A program made the position numbers and the translations under genes. DNA of 64,000 nucleotides from an uncultured Thermoplasmata archaeon (GTDB taxonomy: Archaea > Thermoplasmatota > Thermoplasmata > Lutacidiplasmatales > UBA184), in the NCBI GenBank assembly GCA_963838955.1, contig CAWISZ010000003.1, forward strand, positions 341,121-405,120, read 5' to 3'. Of the stretch, positions 49,117 through 59,359 are shown in pieces. Numbering within the stretch: the first letter of the stretch is position 1; each line of letters starts with the position of its first letter. The notes below the pieces were generated by a model. The model was not told the origin of the DNA, did no database searches, and saw nothing but the letters and a program-made list of their open reading frames with translations.

Positions 49117-49955
49117 ACGCTCGGGTGCCGGAGCTACCCGCCCACGCCGCGGCGACGATCCATTCGTTCCTCCGTTCGCACGTGCTCGGCGATGGGATCG
49201 AGGGAGTCGTCGTCGGGCTCTCGGGAGGGATCGACAGTGCGCTCGTGGTCCGCCTCGCTGCGGACGCCCTCGGAAAGGACCGGGTGCTGGGAGTCCTCTT
49301 GCCGGACGCGGCGTTCCCCGAGGCCTTGAGAGCGGAGACCGAGGCGTACGCGGATACGCTCGGGATCGAACGACGCACGGTCGTGATCACGCCGATCGAG
49401 AACGCATTCCGCGCGGCGTTGCCCGAAGTCGCCGACCGGGTCACCTGGGGCAACACCAAGGCCCGGATCCGGATGACGACGCTCTACGCGCTCGCCCGCG
49501 AGCGACGCCGGCTCGTCCTTGGTACCGGAAACAAATCGGAGATCCTCCTCGGGTACTTCACGAAGTACGGGGACGGCGGCGTCGACCTGCTTCCGATCGG
49601 TGACCTGTACAAGACGCAGGTTTGCGTCTTCGCCGCGCAGCTCGAGCTCCCCGCCCCGGTCCGGCAGCGTCCTCCCAGCGCGGGCCTGTGGCCGGACCAA
49701 ACGGACGAGGCCGAGCTCGGCCTCGGCTACGCCGAGATCGACCGGATCCTCGCCGCGCTCGAGGAAGGGGAGAGCGTGGGGGAGATCGCGCGCGCGACCG
49801 CGCTCTCGCTCGAGACCGTGCGCGGCATCGCGGACCGCGTGGAGCGGAACCTGCACAAACGGGTCCCCACCCCTATCGCGAAGTTGAGCGGGAAGACGAT
49901 CGCGACGGGCGGCCACGCCGAACCATCGCACGGGGCGCGACGCGCCCGGCCATAG
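49113..49955 (+). CDS. nadE: NH3-dependent NAD+ synthetase
   Basis: The GTG at 49113 (GTGA overlap), …GVVVGLSGGIDSALV… PP-loop, 280 aa. Confidence 0.8.
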   Translation: MNARVPELPAHAAATIHSFLRSHVLGDGIEGVVVGLSGGIDSALVVRLAADALGKDRVLGVLLPDAAFPEALRAETEAYADTLGIERRTVVITPIENAFRAALPEVADRVTWGNTKARIRMTTLYALARERRRLVLGTGNKSEILLGYFTKYGDGGVDLLPIGDLYKTQVCVFAAQLELPAPVRQRPPSAGLWPDQTDEAELGLGYAEIDRILAALEEGESVGEIARATALSLETVRGIADRVERNLHKRVPTPIAKLSGKTIATGGHAEPSHGARRARP

Positions 49956-50013
49956 CCTTAAGCCCAACCGCGGTTGGACCGGCCGAATCGTCCGGAGGAC
50001 TTTTCGGCTTCCC

Positions 50014-50898
50014 ATGGACCGCCCCACCTACCGTCGCCTGTATGACGCTCTGGCGACGCTCGACGACGTGCATCGCCTCGCCCACGACGAACATCGAGAC
50101 GAGGAGCTTCTCTTCGTCATCCACACCCACCGGGTCACTCGGGACGCCACCCGACGTTTCTACCCGGTCCAGCACCAGCTCCCCCGCGTCCTATCCGAGT
50201 GGAAGCGCGGCCGCAGCATGCTCGATATCTCGCACGAGTGGCGGTTCCCGCCGGTGCTCGCCGGCCAGATCATCATGAAGGGGCTCGGAGTACCGCGCAA
50301 GCAGGTGTGGGGGTCGTTCCTGCATCCGGAGTCGGCCCCCGATGCCCGTCTACGGCACGAGGTCGAAGAGCTTCTCTCGGCCGACATGATCTATTCGCCC
50401 CGCGGCATGGAGCTCCAGCGCGAGCGCGGGATCAAGGGCGAGGATCGCTTGTACCGCTGGCTCGAGAAGCACGGGATCGGGTTCCGGACCGAGAAAGACC
50501 TGCGCGGCAAGTTCCAGAAGACCCCGGACGCCCTCCTGGACGACCCGATCGTCTTCCTCGGACAGAAGATCACCTGGATCGAATCGAAAGCGAACTTCGG
50601 CGACGACGTCGAGCTGCGCAAGAACCTCAAGCGCCAGCTCGGACCCTACACGGAGATCTTCGGAGAGGGGGCCGTCGTGTACTGGTACGGGTACATCGAG
50701 GAAGGGGAGTCTCCTCCGGGGATCCTCCTCTGGGACGCCGATCAGTTGGAGGGGCTCACGCCGGTCGTGCAGCCTCGCCCCGCGGGATCTCCCGCTGGGC
50801 CCCCGTCGCGAGGTCACGCTCCACGACCGCACCACGAGACGCCTCCTGCGGCCCGAGGATCAGAGCACGGCGGGCACGCTGGCGCGCCGCCTCCTTGA
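50014..50898 (+). CDS. TPD-domain protein (PD-(D/E)XK nuclease-like, C15orf41/CDIN1-like family)
   Basis: …KFQKTPDALLDDPIVFLGQKITWIESKANFGDD… contains the TPD motif and a D…E.K nuclease-like core. The low-complexity C-terminal tail overlaps the convergent HisRS by about 140 nt. Confidence 0.5.
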   Translation: MDRPTYRRLYDALATLDDVHRLAHDEHRDEELLFVIHTHRVTRDATRRFYPVQHQLPRVLSEWKRGRSMLDISHEWRFPPVLAGQIIMKGLGVPRKQVWGSFLHPESAPDARLRHEVEELLSADMIYSPRGMELQRERGIKGEDRLYRWLEKHGIGFRTEKDLRGKFQKTPDALLDDPIVFLGQKITWIESKANFGDDVELRKNLKRQLGPYTEIFGEGAVVYWYGYIEEGESPPGILLWDADQLEGLTPVVQPRPAGSPAGPPSRGHAPRPHHETPPAARGSEHGGHAGAPPP

Positions 50899-52057
50899 GC
50901 TGCCGGGACATCGAGCGCCCGAGCAGATCGGTGTCCGCCGAGACCCCCGCGAGACGGAGCTCGCGAACGAGGCGGATCGCATCCGGCAGGAACTCCGTCG
51001 AGACCGTCACCACGTAGGTATCGAGGGGCGGTTCGCCGTCGGGCCATCGGCCGTGCTCCTTCAAGAGGAGCTCGAGCGTTTGGTCCCCGATCGCGAGGCC
51101 GCAGGCCGGGGTCGCGGGACCGCCGAACAGCTCGATCAGGCGATCGTAGCGCCCCCCACCGAACAGCGCCCGCAGGCTCGCATCCTTCGCGTAAGCCTCG
51201 AAGACCGTGCTCGTGTAGTACGCGAGGCCCCGGACCACCGTCGGATCGAAGACGACGCGATCCGCGATCCCCGCCGGTTCGCACAGCCGGAAGATCGCCC
51301 GGATCCGCGCGATACCGGCCCGGGCCTCCTCCTCGAGCCCGAGGGCCTCGATCCGATCGAAGAACGCGGGGAGGTCCGCCGGCAGGACCCCGCCTCCGAC
51401 CGAGCCGAACAGCGCGGCGAGCGCTCCGGTGCGGTCAGTGGGTATGCCGGAGGATTCCAGGCCCGCGAGGAACTCCGTCGCGGATGATCTCCGATACCGA
51501 TCGACGGCGCGGAAGTACGCCGCGACGTCCGACGCTCCGAAGTGTCGGCCCAGCCCTTCCGCAAGGGGTCGATCGTTAAGCCGGAACGCGTAGAGCCCGG
51601 CGGCGCCCGCTTCGTCGAGCGTGAACGCGGCCGAGGCGAGCGTCTCGACCTCGGCCTCGATCCCGGCGACGCCGAGGATGTCGAAGTTGAGCTGCGAGAA
51701 CTCCCTGGTCCTCCCGGCCTGGGGCTCCTCGTAGCGCCAGAGCTTCTGGACGGTGAACCACTTGACGGGCAGGGGCTCGGACTTCGCTCGCTCCGCGTAG
51801 ATCCGGGCAAGCGATGGGGTCGTCTCCGGAGCGAGCGCGACGTCGCGGCCGCCCTTGTCCTGGAACGCCCAGACCTCCCGCGCGATCTCCTCTCCGCTCT
51901 TGACCTTGTACAGATCGAGCGGTTCGACGCTCGGCGTCTCGAGCTCGGAGAAGCCGCATCGACGGGCGCTCGCGCGCATCCGTCGCATCAGCTCCGATCG
52001 CGCCCCCGCCTCGGGAGGGACGTAGTCCCGGAACCCTCGGAGCGGTGCGAACGGCAT
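50756..52057 (-). CDS. hisS: Histidine--tRNA ligase
   Basis: 433 aa from the ATG at 52057: MPFAPLRGFRDYVPPEAG… with class II motifs and an anticodon-binding domain. Confidence 0.85.
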   Translation of the reverse strand: MPFAPLRGFRDYVPPEAGARSELMRRMRASARRCGFSELETPSVEPLDLYKVKSGEEIAREVWAFQDKGGRDVALAPETTPSLARIYAERAKSEPLPVKWFTVQKLWRYEEPQAGRTREFSQLNFDILGVAGIEAEVETLASAAFTLDEAGAAGLYAFRLNDRPLAEGLGRHFGASDVAAYFRAVDRYRRSSATEFLAGLESSGIPTDRTGALAALFGSVGGGVLPADLPAFFDRIEALGLEEEARAGIARIRAIFRLCEPAGIADRVVFDPTVVRGLAYYTSTVFEAYAKDASLRALFGGGRYDRLIELFGGPATPACGLAIGDQTLELLLKEHGRWPDGEPPLDTYVVTVSTEFLPDAIRLVRELRLAGVSADTDLLGRSMSRQLKEAARQRARRALILGPQEASRGAVVERDLATGAQREIPRGEAARPA

Positions 52058-52082
52058 GTCCCGCGGAGCGGCCGGTGCGTAC

Positions 52083-53414
52083 TTATGTATTGGGAAGCGG
52101 CGGACGGGACTCCGGACCCAGCGGCGCGAGGTGTCGGCGGGCGGAAGGGGTCGGATGGTAGACTCCGACGGGGAACTCCTGCCGGAGCACGACGCGCCGA
52201 GCGGCTTCGGGAGGCCAGCGGGCGTGGCACCCCGGGCACCGATAGCCGCGGGCCTTCCCCAACGAACGAGCGCGTCGCAGGCACACCGGGCAGCGCGGCG
52301 CTTGGGGCCTCCCGGCGAGCTCACGACGCGCGAGGATCTCGATGCCTTCGACCCGGAAGGTCGCGTCGCGCCCCCGCCCGCCCCAGACCTTCACGCGATC
52401 GCCGGGTCGCAGCGAACGGGTCACCGGCGGTAAGATCTTGGTCGGCTCGAACGCCATGCAGAGGAGCTCGGTCCCATCGGCATCCACGATCGGGAAGCGA
52501 ACGTGGCCGCCTCGCAGCGTGGTCGGGACGGACTCCACGAGCCCCTCCACGCGCCCGCTCTCGTACGGACCGAGGGAGGCGGCGGGACGGCTCGTGAGGT
52601 GGTCGCCCGTCCCTTGATTGGTGCAGAAAAGCATCCAACGATCGACCGGCTCGGAGCGGACCGTCGCGAGCGCCCGGAGCGGCGTTCCCCGCCGACGCGC
52701 GCGCAGCCCGAAGAGGATCGGGCACGGAGTATGAGGGGCGATGAGGAGTCTCCGGGTCGCGGGGTCGGCGCATAGAAATAGATCCGGGTACCGCGCCTGA
52801 GCCTCCGCGACGGATCCGGCGTCGACCTGACGCCGGAGCGAGACGCGGGCGGGGTCCCGGTAGGCGAGAAGCTCCCAGGTCGGGTGGACCTCGGGCCATG
52901 CCGCGCTCGCCGCGGCACCGACCACGCCCCGATCATCCGCGTGGACCCGCACGGTCGCCCCCAGATCCTTCAGCGTAGCCCGGACGTCGGCTGGGCGAAC
53001 GACGCTCCGGACCGCGGTCCAGTACAGCGACGAAGGCAGTGGTCGCGTCGAGGCGACCAACGCCGGATCCGTGCCGGCCTCGCCGACGCGCGAGGCGTCG
53101 AGCACGGCCTTCCACGCCGCGTCAACGAGGCCGACCGCTTGCGTCGGCGAGAGCCGGCGGCCCTCGTCGTAGGCCCACACCGCGCGTCCATCGATCGCGC
53201 CGCAGCGCCGGCGCCGTCCGTTCCCGAGGCCGAACCGGGCGCTGAGCGCGGCGTTCCCACGCGTCTTGAAGGGGATGTTGGGATTGAGGCGGACCAGACG
53301 CGGGTCGCCGATCGGATCGATGCCGAGATCCCGCGCGACGCGGACGACCTCGGTGAGGGCGTGCGTGGTGCACCCCCCTCGGGGGCTGTCGGTGTCGTCG
53401 ATGCCGATCCACAT
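52083..53414 (-). CDS. tiaS: tRNA(Ile2) 2-agmatinylcytidine synthetase TiaS
   Basis: MWIGIDDTDSPRGGCTTHAL… is the TiaS N-terminal kinase-like domain. The C-terminal zinc ribbon is …CPVCLRR…CPGCH… 443 aa. Confidence 0.8.
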   Translation of the reverse strand: MWIGIDDTDSPRGGCTTHALTEVVRVARDLGIDPIGDPRLVRLNPNIPFKTRGNAALSARFGLGNGRRRRCGAIDGRAVWAYDEGRRLSPTQAVGLVDAAWKAVLDASRVGEAGTDPALVASTRPLPSSLYWTAVRSVVRPADVRATLKDLGATVRVHADDRGVVGAAASAAWPEVHPTWELLAYRDPARVSLRRQVDAGSVAEAQARYPDLFLCADPATRRLLIAPHTPCPILFGLRARRRGTPLRALATVRSEPVDRWMLFCTNQGTGDHLTSRPAASLGPYESGRVEGLVESVPTTLRGGHVRFPIVDADGTELLCMAFEPTKILPPVTRSLRPGDRVKVWGGRGRDATFRVEGIEILARRELAGRPQAPRCPVCLRRARSLGKARGYRCPGCHARWPPEAARRVVLRQEFPVGVYHPTPSARRHLAPLGPESRPPLPNT

Positions 53415-53456
53415 TCCGCGGGAGGAGACCCCGCGAGCGCAAAGAGGATGCGCCCC

Positions 53457-54332
53457 CTACGCGACGCTGCGCAGGAGCTTCGTGTACGCCGCCCGGTTCG
53501 GCTCGAGACCGATCTCGGTCCGTGCCGGTCCGACAGCGCCGGCCGGGAGCACGCGGGTCTCGAGCGCCGGGTCGAGCGGTGTACCTTCCTTCGGGCGGTG
53601 CATTACCCCGATCGGGATCTTCCCCGAATCCATCGTGGCCAGGCAGAGCCCGAACATCGCCTTGCGATCGGACGGATCGTAGCCGGCGAGCTTGCTCACG
53701 TCCACGACCTTCTCCCGCCAGAGCTTGTACGTGTCGTTGTACGTCACGCACGGGGAGAGATCTTCGATGAACGCGAACCCCCGGTGCGCCCGGTTGAACT
53801 CGAGCGCCTCCTTCAGGACGGCCGTGAGCGTCTTCGGGTCGCCGGAGAACGTGCGGGCGATGAAGTTCGGCGCCGGGATCGAGAGCGCGGTGAGGATCGC
53901 GTCGAACGGCTTTTCGATGTTCCCTTCGAAGCCGATCTGACTCGTGGGCGAGGGCTGGCCCTTCGTCAGGCCGTACGTCTCGTTGTTCATCACGAGGTAC
54001 AGGATCGAGACGTTCTTCTTGAACGCGTGCATGAAGTGCCCCATCCCGATCGCATAGCCGTCCCCGTCGCCCCCCGCCGCGAAGACCGTGAGGTTCGGGT
54101 TCGCCAGCTTCACTCCGATCGCCTGGGCCAGGAGCCGTCCGTGGAGCGCGTGCAGGCCGTTGATCTCGAGGAAGTTGTGGATCGAGCCGGAGCAGCCGAT
54201 CCCGCCCACGAGCACGAGCTCGTGGGTCGGGATCTTCAGCTCGGCCGCGGCCTTCTTGACGCACGCGAGGAGCGCGAAATCCCCGCATCCCGGGCACCAG
54301 ATCGGCTGCGTCGGCTTGACCGATTGCACCAT
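53457..54332 (-). CDS. 2-oxoacid:ferredoxin oxidoreductase, beta subunit (TPP-binding)
   Basis: …WCPGCGDFALL…GGDGDGYAIGMGHF…. Confidence 0.85.
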   Translation of the reverse strand: MVQSVKPTQPIWCPGCGDFALLACVKKAAAELKIPTHELVLVGGIGCSGSIHNFLEINGLHALHGRLLAQAIGVKLANPNLTVFAAGGDGDGYAIGMGHFMHAFKKNVSILYLVMNNETYGLTKGQPSPTSQIGFEGNIEKPFDAILTALSIPAPNFIARTFSGDPKTLTAVLKEALEFNRAHRGFAFIEDLSPCVTYNDTYKLWREKVVDVSKLAGYDPSDRKAMFGLCLATMDSGKIPIGVMHRPKEGTPLDPALETRVLPAGAVGPARTEIGLEPNRAAYTKLLRSVA

Positions 54333-54333
54333 C

Positions 54334-56127
54334 TTACGTTCCCTCCGTGATCGGGCGTACGATGTCGGGGGAACGGAACGAGTAACCGTCGTAGCGCAGG
54401 ATCGAGCGGAGCTTGGAGTGATGCCAGGGGACGGTCTCGCGGATCAGCCGGGCGAACTGTCCGGTGTAGTTGTTCTCCACGACGTACGCCACGTCGACGT
54501 TCTTGAGGAACGGATCGAGCTCGTGCCCGGGGACCGGCCAGAGGGTCCGGGGCTGATAGTAGTGGGTGTGGATTCCCCGGGCCCTGAGGCGCTCCTGGGC
54601 TTCGAGGATCGGCCCGATCGTGCTCCCGTAGCCGATGATACCGATCTTCGCGTGGGGTTCGCCGAAATACTTGCCGACGGGAAGATCGGGGACCGCCGCC
54701 ACCATCTTTCCCATTCGCTTGGTCATCATCTTCAGGCGGTTCTCCGGCTGGACCGAGACGTGCCCCCACTCGTCGTGCTCGTTGCCCGTGACCTGGCTCC
54801 AGACTCCCGGGGTCCCCGGCGGCGCGATCGGGCTTCCACTATCGGCCGTGAATGCGTAGCCCTTGTACTCGGTCATCTTCTCGAGGTCGGCTCCGGACAG
54901 GCGCTTCCCGCGGACCATCTGGATCCCCGCCAGATCGTACGGGGGGCTCGTCGTCGTGTTCTGACACAGCGCCTGATCGAGGAGGAGGATGACGGGGAGC
55001 CGCCACTTGTCGGCAATGTTGAGGGCGTCGACGGTGAGCTGGAAGCATTCGAGCGGGGTCGCGGGTGCGAGGATGAAGCGGGGGAACTCCCCGTGTCCGA
55101 GGTTTGCGAGGTGGGCGAGGTCCGATTGCTCATGTCGTGTCGGCTGTCCCGTGGACGGACCGACGCGGGCGCAGTCGGCGATTACGAGGGGGATCTCCGC
55201 CGCACCCGCGTGACCGATCCCCTCGGTCATGAGCGAGAGGCCGGGACCGCTCGTGGAGGTCATCACCCGCGCGCCGGCGTACGCAGCCCCGATGATCATG
55301 TTGATCGCCGCGAGCTCGTCCTCGGCCTGCCGTACGATGCCCTGGAATGCCGGCAGGTAGCGCTGGAGGTATTCCATCACTTCGGTGGCCGGCGTGATGG
55401 GGTACCCGGCAAAGAACCGTCCGCCTCCGACCACGAAGCCGAGGGCGACCGCCTGATTCCCGATCGTCAGGATCTGGTCGTGGGCGTCGCCGGTCTCTAC
55501 CTGCCATCGGTCGGCAAGGCCGGGGACCGAGAGCGCGGTTTGCCGCCCGATCTCGAGCGCTTTGAGGTTCTTGGCGAGCGCCTCCTCCCCCCGACGGGTA
55601 AACCGCTCCTCGATGACCTGACGGGTCATGACCGGATCGAACCCGAGCAACACGCTGAGGGCTCCGTAGGCGGCCGTGTTCTTGTAGATCGGTTGGCCGA
55701 CCTGGCCCCCGACGAGGGTCGCGAACGGGAAGCCGTAGGCGTTCGGAACGTCCGCGGCCGATCCGGTCGAGTCGTACAGCACGATCCCGTCCGGGCCGAG
55801 CTCGGGTCGCCCGATCTCGATGGCCTGCTCGTCGAACGCCATGAGGATGTCGACATCGGGCTTGATCGAGAGGATCGGCTGGCGGGAGGCGCGGATCGAC
55901 GCGTCCGCGTGGCCCCCGCGGATACGCGAGAGGACGTTGCGCGAGGTGTAGACGTAGAGGCCGAGCTTGCGGAAGTACCGTCCCAACAGGTCGGAGACGG
56001 TGAGAGTCCCGTCACCCCCCTGGCCACCGATCATGACGCTGATGTCGGCGAGCCGCTTCGGAACGGTGCCGGGCGAGGGGATCGGTTCGGTCGAGATTGC
56101 TCCGGTGCGACTCGCAGGGGTTGTCAT
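54334..56127 (-). CDS. 2-oxoacid:ferredoxin oxidoreductase, alpha subunit (fused gamma-alpha type)
   Basis: …ISVMIGGQGGDGTLTVSD… gamma-like N-terminus followed by an alpha domain. The start is taken as the ATG at 56127. The listed TTG at 56256 would leave only 32 nt for the divergent promoter. Confidence 0.75.
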   Translation of the reverse strand: MTTPASRTGAISTEPIPSPGTVPKRLADISVMIGGQGGDGTLTVSDLLGRYFRKLGLYVYTSRNVLSRIRGGHADASIRASRQPILSIKPDVDILMAFDEQAIEIGRPELGPDGIVLYDSTGSAADVPNAYGFPFATLVGGQVGQPIYKNTAAYGALSVLLGFDPVMTRQVIEERFTRRGEEALAKNLKALEIGRQTALSVPGLADRWQVETGDAHDQILTIGNQAVALGFVVGGGRFFAGYPITPATEVMEYLQRYLPAFQGIVRQAEDELAAINMIIGAAYAGARVMTSTSGPGLSLMTEGIGHAGAAEIPLVIADCARVGPSTGQPTRHEQSDLAHLANLGHGEFPRFILAPATPLECFQLTVDALNIADKWRLPVILLLDQALCQNTTTSPPYDLAGIQMVRGKRLSGADLEKMTEYKGYAFTADSGSPIAPPGTPGVWSQVTGNEHDEWGHVSVQPENRLKMMTKRMGKMVAAVPDLPVGKYFGEPHAKIGIIGYGSTIGPILEAQERLRARGIHTHYYQPRTLWPVPGHELDPFLKNVDVAYVVENNYTGQFARLIRETVPWHHSKLRSILRYDGYSFRSPDIVRPITEGT

Positions 56128-56288
56128 TGTACGGAACCCGCGGTGGACCACCCAGGTTCTGACAGAATCGAGGCCCCCCTCGTATTTAACGGATGACCCG
56201 GCCGAGGATAAGTACCGGCATTTTTCGGCTCCCGCCCGGCGTGGGAATCGCAACAAAGGTTATCTGAAAACTCCCGGTCATAGAGGTC

Positions 56289-57536
56289 GTGACCGACGAG
56301 CGGCTGGTCGAGGACTACCACTCCTTCACGTCGGCCCATCGGCGTTTCGCCGATCCGATCGTCTTCTGGGACGAGACCCTCCGCGACGGCGAGCAGACCC
56401 CTGGGGTCCATTTCAGCCCTGAAGAGAAACTACGGATCGCCGAGGTCCTGGCCGATATCGGCGTGCCCTTAATCGACGCCGGCATCCCGGTGGTCTCGGC
56501 CGAGGAGGCCCGCGCAGTCCACCTCCTCGCCCATGCCGGGCTCAAATCGAAGATCCTCGCATCCGCACGGACGGTTCCCGCCGATATCGAGGCGGTCATC
56601 AAGAGCGGCGCGAGCCACATCGCGATCTTCGTCGCCGCGAGCCAGGTCCACCTCCGGTACAAGCTGAAAATGACCCAAGAGGAGGTGCGCGAGGTCTCGC
56701 TCGCGAGCGTTCGGCGAGCGAAGAGCGCGGGCCTGCACGTCGCCTTCGTGACCGAGGACACCGTCCGGGCGCCGTTCGATTTCGTGCAACGCCTCTACCG
56801 AGACGTCCAGGAGGCGGGCGCGGACCGGCTCGTGATCGCCGACACGGTCGGGATCATGACCCCACTCACGTTCCGGTGGTACCTCGCGGAATTCCAGCGC
56901 CGCGTGCGGCCGAAGGACCTGTCCGTGCACTGCCACAACGACTTTGGCCTCGCGACGGCGAACACGCTCACGGCACTCGAGGCCGGGGTGACCGCTCCGC
57001 ATACGTGTGTCAACGGACTGGGAGAACGAGCGGGCAATGCCGCCTTCGAAGAGGTCGCGCTCGCGCTCGAGCGCCTCTACGGAGTTCGCACCGGACTGCG
57101 GACCGAGCGGATGTACGAGCTCTCCCAGCTGGTAGAGGAGCTTTCGGGCGTCGTCATCCAACCGAACAAGGCGCTCGTGGGGTACAACTCCTTCTCGCAC
57201 GAAGCCGGTATCCATACGCATGGGGTCCTCGCGCATACGCTGACGTACGAGCCGATGCAGCCCGAGATCGTCGGGCGGCACCGGCGGATGATCCTGGGTA
57301 AGCACAGCGGCAAGGCCGCGGTCGTCGAGAAGCTCAAGGAACGGGGCATCGCCGCCCCGGACCCGCTGCTCGCCGAACTCCTGCAGCGTCTCAAGGCCCA
57401 GGGCGAGACTCGTTCGAAGGACGAGCTCCGAGCCTTCCTCGTGGAGTATCGCCACCTCTTTGAACAGCCGGGGATCTCCGACGCCGAGTTCTGGAAAATG
57501 GTCGGGGCGGTCGGACTCAAAGAGGTCCGCCCGTGA
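56289..57536 (+). CDS. Homocitrate/2-isopropylmalate/citramalate synthase family enzyme (short form)
   Basis: A GTG start with a GAGGT ribosome-binding site upstream. …VFWDETLRDGEQTPGV…HCHNDFGLATANT… About 415 aa, no LeuA regulatory domain. Confidence 0.75.
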   Translation: MTDERLVEDYHSFTSAHRRFADPIVFWDETLRDGEQTPGVHFSPEEKLRIAEVLADIGVPLIDAGIPVVSAEEARAVHLLAHAGLKSKILASARTVPADIEAVIKSGASHIAIFVAASQVHLRYKLKMTQEEVREVSLASVRRAKSAGLHVAFVTEDTVRAPFDFVQRLYRDVQEAGADRLVIADTVGIMTPLTFRWYLAEFQRRVRPKDLSVHCHNDFGLATANTLTALEAGVTAPHTCVNGLGERAGNAAFEEVALALERLYGVRTGLRTERMYELSQLVEELSGVVIQPNKALVGYNSFSHEAGIHTHGVLAHTLTYEPMQPEIVGRHRRMILGKHSGKAAVVEKLKERGIAAPDPLLAELLQRLKAQGETRSKDELRAFLVEYRHLFEQPGISDAEFWKMVGAVGLKEVRP

Positions 57537-58813
57537 GCGGCGGCGACGGTGGGATGACCCTCGCCGAGAAGATCCTCGCGCGCGCGGCGGGGATCGATCA
57601 CGTCGTTCCGGGTCAGATCATCGAGGGGAACGTGGACCTCGCGATGATGCACGAACAGGGCGCGCAGACGGTCGCTCCGTTCCACCAGATGGGCGCGGAG
57701 AAGGTCTGGGACCCCGACCGGGTCGTGATCGCGATCGACCATTGGGTGCCGGCGTCGACCGAGGGAGCCGCGGTGCTCCACCGGATCCTGCGCAAGTTCG
57801 CGACGGAGGTCAACCTTCCCCATTTTTACGATGTGGGCAACCACGGAATCTGCCACCAGATCCTCGCCGAGCACGGGTGGGTTGTGCCGGGGGACCTCGC
57901 GGTCGGTACCGACTCGCATACGAACATGCTCGGGGCCATGGGCGCGGTGGCGGCCGGGATCGGACCGACGGAGATGGCGGCGGTCCTCGCGCTCGGCCGC
58001 CTCTGGCTGAAGGTACCTCCCACGCTGCGGATCCGAGTGAAGGGCCGGCTGGGGCCCGGGGTCGTCGCGAAGGACCTCGTCCTGCGCGCGCTCGGCGAGG
58101 TGAAGACCACCGGCGCCACGTACAAGTCCGTGGAGTGGACCGGGCCGACGATCGAACGGCTCTCCATGCCCGAGCGCTTCACGATCTGTAACATGACGAC
58201 GGAGATGGGCGCGAAGTGCGGCCTTGTCGCTCCGGACGAGACGACATTCGAATACCTGCGCACGATCGCCAAGCATCCGATGCATCCGGTCCATGCGGAC
58301 GCCGGCGCAACGTACGAACGCACGATCGATATTGACGTCGACGGGATGCCCCCGATGGTCGCGTGCCCGTACTCGCCGGACAACGTCCGCCCATTGACCG
58401 ACGTGGTGAACGAGCACATCCACGTCGATCAGGCATTCCTCGGATCCTGCACGAACGCCCGCATCGAGGACATCCGGGAGGGCGCGGCGATCCTCAAGGG
58501 CCACAAGGTCCATCCCGGCACGCGGTTCATCGTTTCGCCCGCGTCGACCTCGATCTACGAGCAATGCCTGCAGGAGGGCCTCATCGAACTGTACACGGAG
58601 GCCGGCGCGGTCTTCACGAACTCCAGCTGCTCGGCGTGCTTCGGGGGCAACATGGGCATCATCGCTCCGGACGAGGTCTGTGCGTCCTCCTCCAACCGGA
58701 ACTTTCCCGGACGAATGGGGCCGAAGGAGGGCCGGATCTACCTCATGAGCCCCGCCGCGACCGTCGCCGCAGCCGTCCGTGGTGAGATCGCCGACCCGCG
58801 GGAGTTCGGGTAG
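57533..58813 (+). CDS. 3-isopropylmalate/homoaconitate dehydratase large subunit (aconitase family)
   Basis: 426 aa with the Fe-S ligand region …GSCTNARIED…SSCSACFGG…. Confidence 0.85.
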   Translation: MSGGDGGMTLAEKILARAAGIDHVVPGQIIEGNVDLAMMHEQGAQTVAPFHQMGAEKVWDPDRVVIAIDHWVPASTEGAAVLHRILRKFATEVNLPHFYDVGNHGICHQILAEHGWVVPGDLAVGTDSHTNMLGAMGAVAAGIGPTEMAAVLALGRLWLKVPPTLRIRVKGRLGPGVVAKDLVLRALGEVKTTGATYKSVEWTGPTIERLSMPERFTICNMTTEMGAKCGLVAPDETTFEYLRTIAKHPMHPVHADAGATYERTIDIDVDGMPPMVACPYSPDNVRPLTDVVNEHIHVDQAFLGSCTNARIEDIREGAAILKGHKVHPGTRFIVSPASTSIYEQCLQEGLIELYTEAGAVFTNSSCSACFGGNMGIIAPDEVCASSSNRNFPGRMGPKEGRIYLMSPAATVAAAVRGEIADPREFG

Positions 58814-58828
58814 ACGGGGATTCGCACC

Positions 58829-59359
58829 ATGAAGGACATCATCGAGGGGCGGGTGTGGACACTTGGGCGCGACATGGACACCGACCAGATCATCTCCGGA
58901 AAATACCTTACGATCATCGATCCGCAGGAATTGAAGAAGCACGTGCTCGAGATTGGACTGCCCGAGTTCGCGGCGGACGCTCGGCCCGGAGACCTCCTCG
59001 TCGCCGGAGAGAACTTCGGCTCCGGCTCGAGCCGGGAGCACGCACCCGCAGCGCTCAAGGCCGCGGGGGTCGGAGCGATCGTCGCCGACTCGTTCGCCCG
59101 GATCTTCTATCGCAACTCGATCAATCTCGGGATCCCGACGATCGAAGCCCGCGGCGTACGCGCGCTGTTCGACATGGGCGATACCGCCCGGATCGAGATG
59201 CGCGCGGGGCGGATCACGAACCTGAGGACGAACCGGTCGATCACGTTTCCTCCGATCCCGCGCCACCTCCTCGACCTCCTCGAGGCCGGGGGTCTCGTCG
59301 AGAAGGTGAAGGTCGAACTCGCCCAGCGCAAGGCCACCGCCGGGACCACCCGCGCATGA
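58829..59359 (+). CDS. 3-isopropylmalate/homoaconitate dehydratase small subunit
   Basis: 176 aa, …LLVAGENFGSGSSREHAPAAL…. Confidence 0.8.
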   Translation: MKDIIEGRVWTLGRDMDTDQIISGKYLTIIDPQELKKHVLEIGLPEFAADARPGDLLVAGENFGSGSSREHAPAALKAAGVGAIVADSFARIFYRNSINLGIPTIEARGVRALFDMGDTARIEMRAGRITNLRTNRSITFPPIPRHLLDLLEAGGLVEKVKVELAQRKATAGTTRA

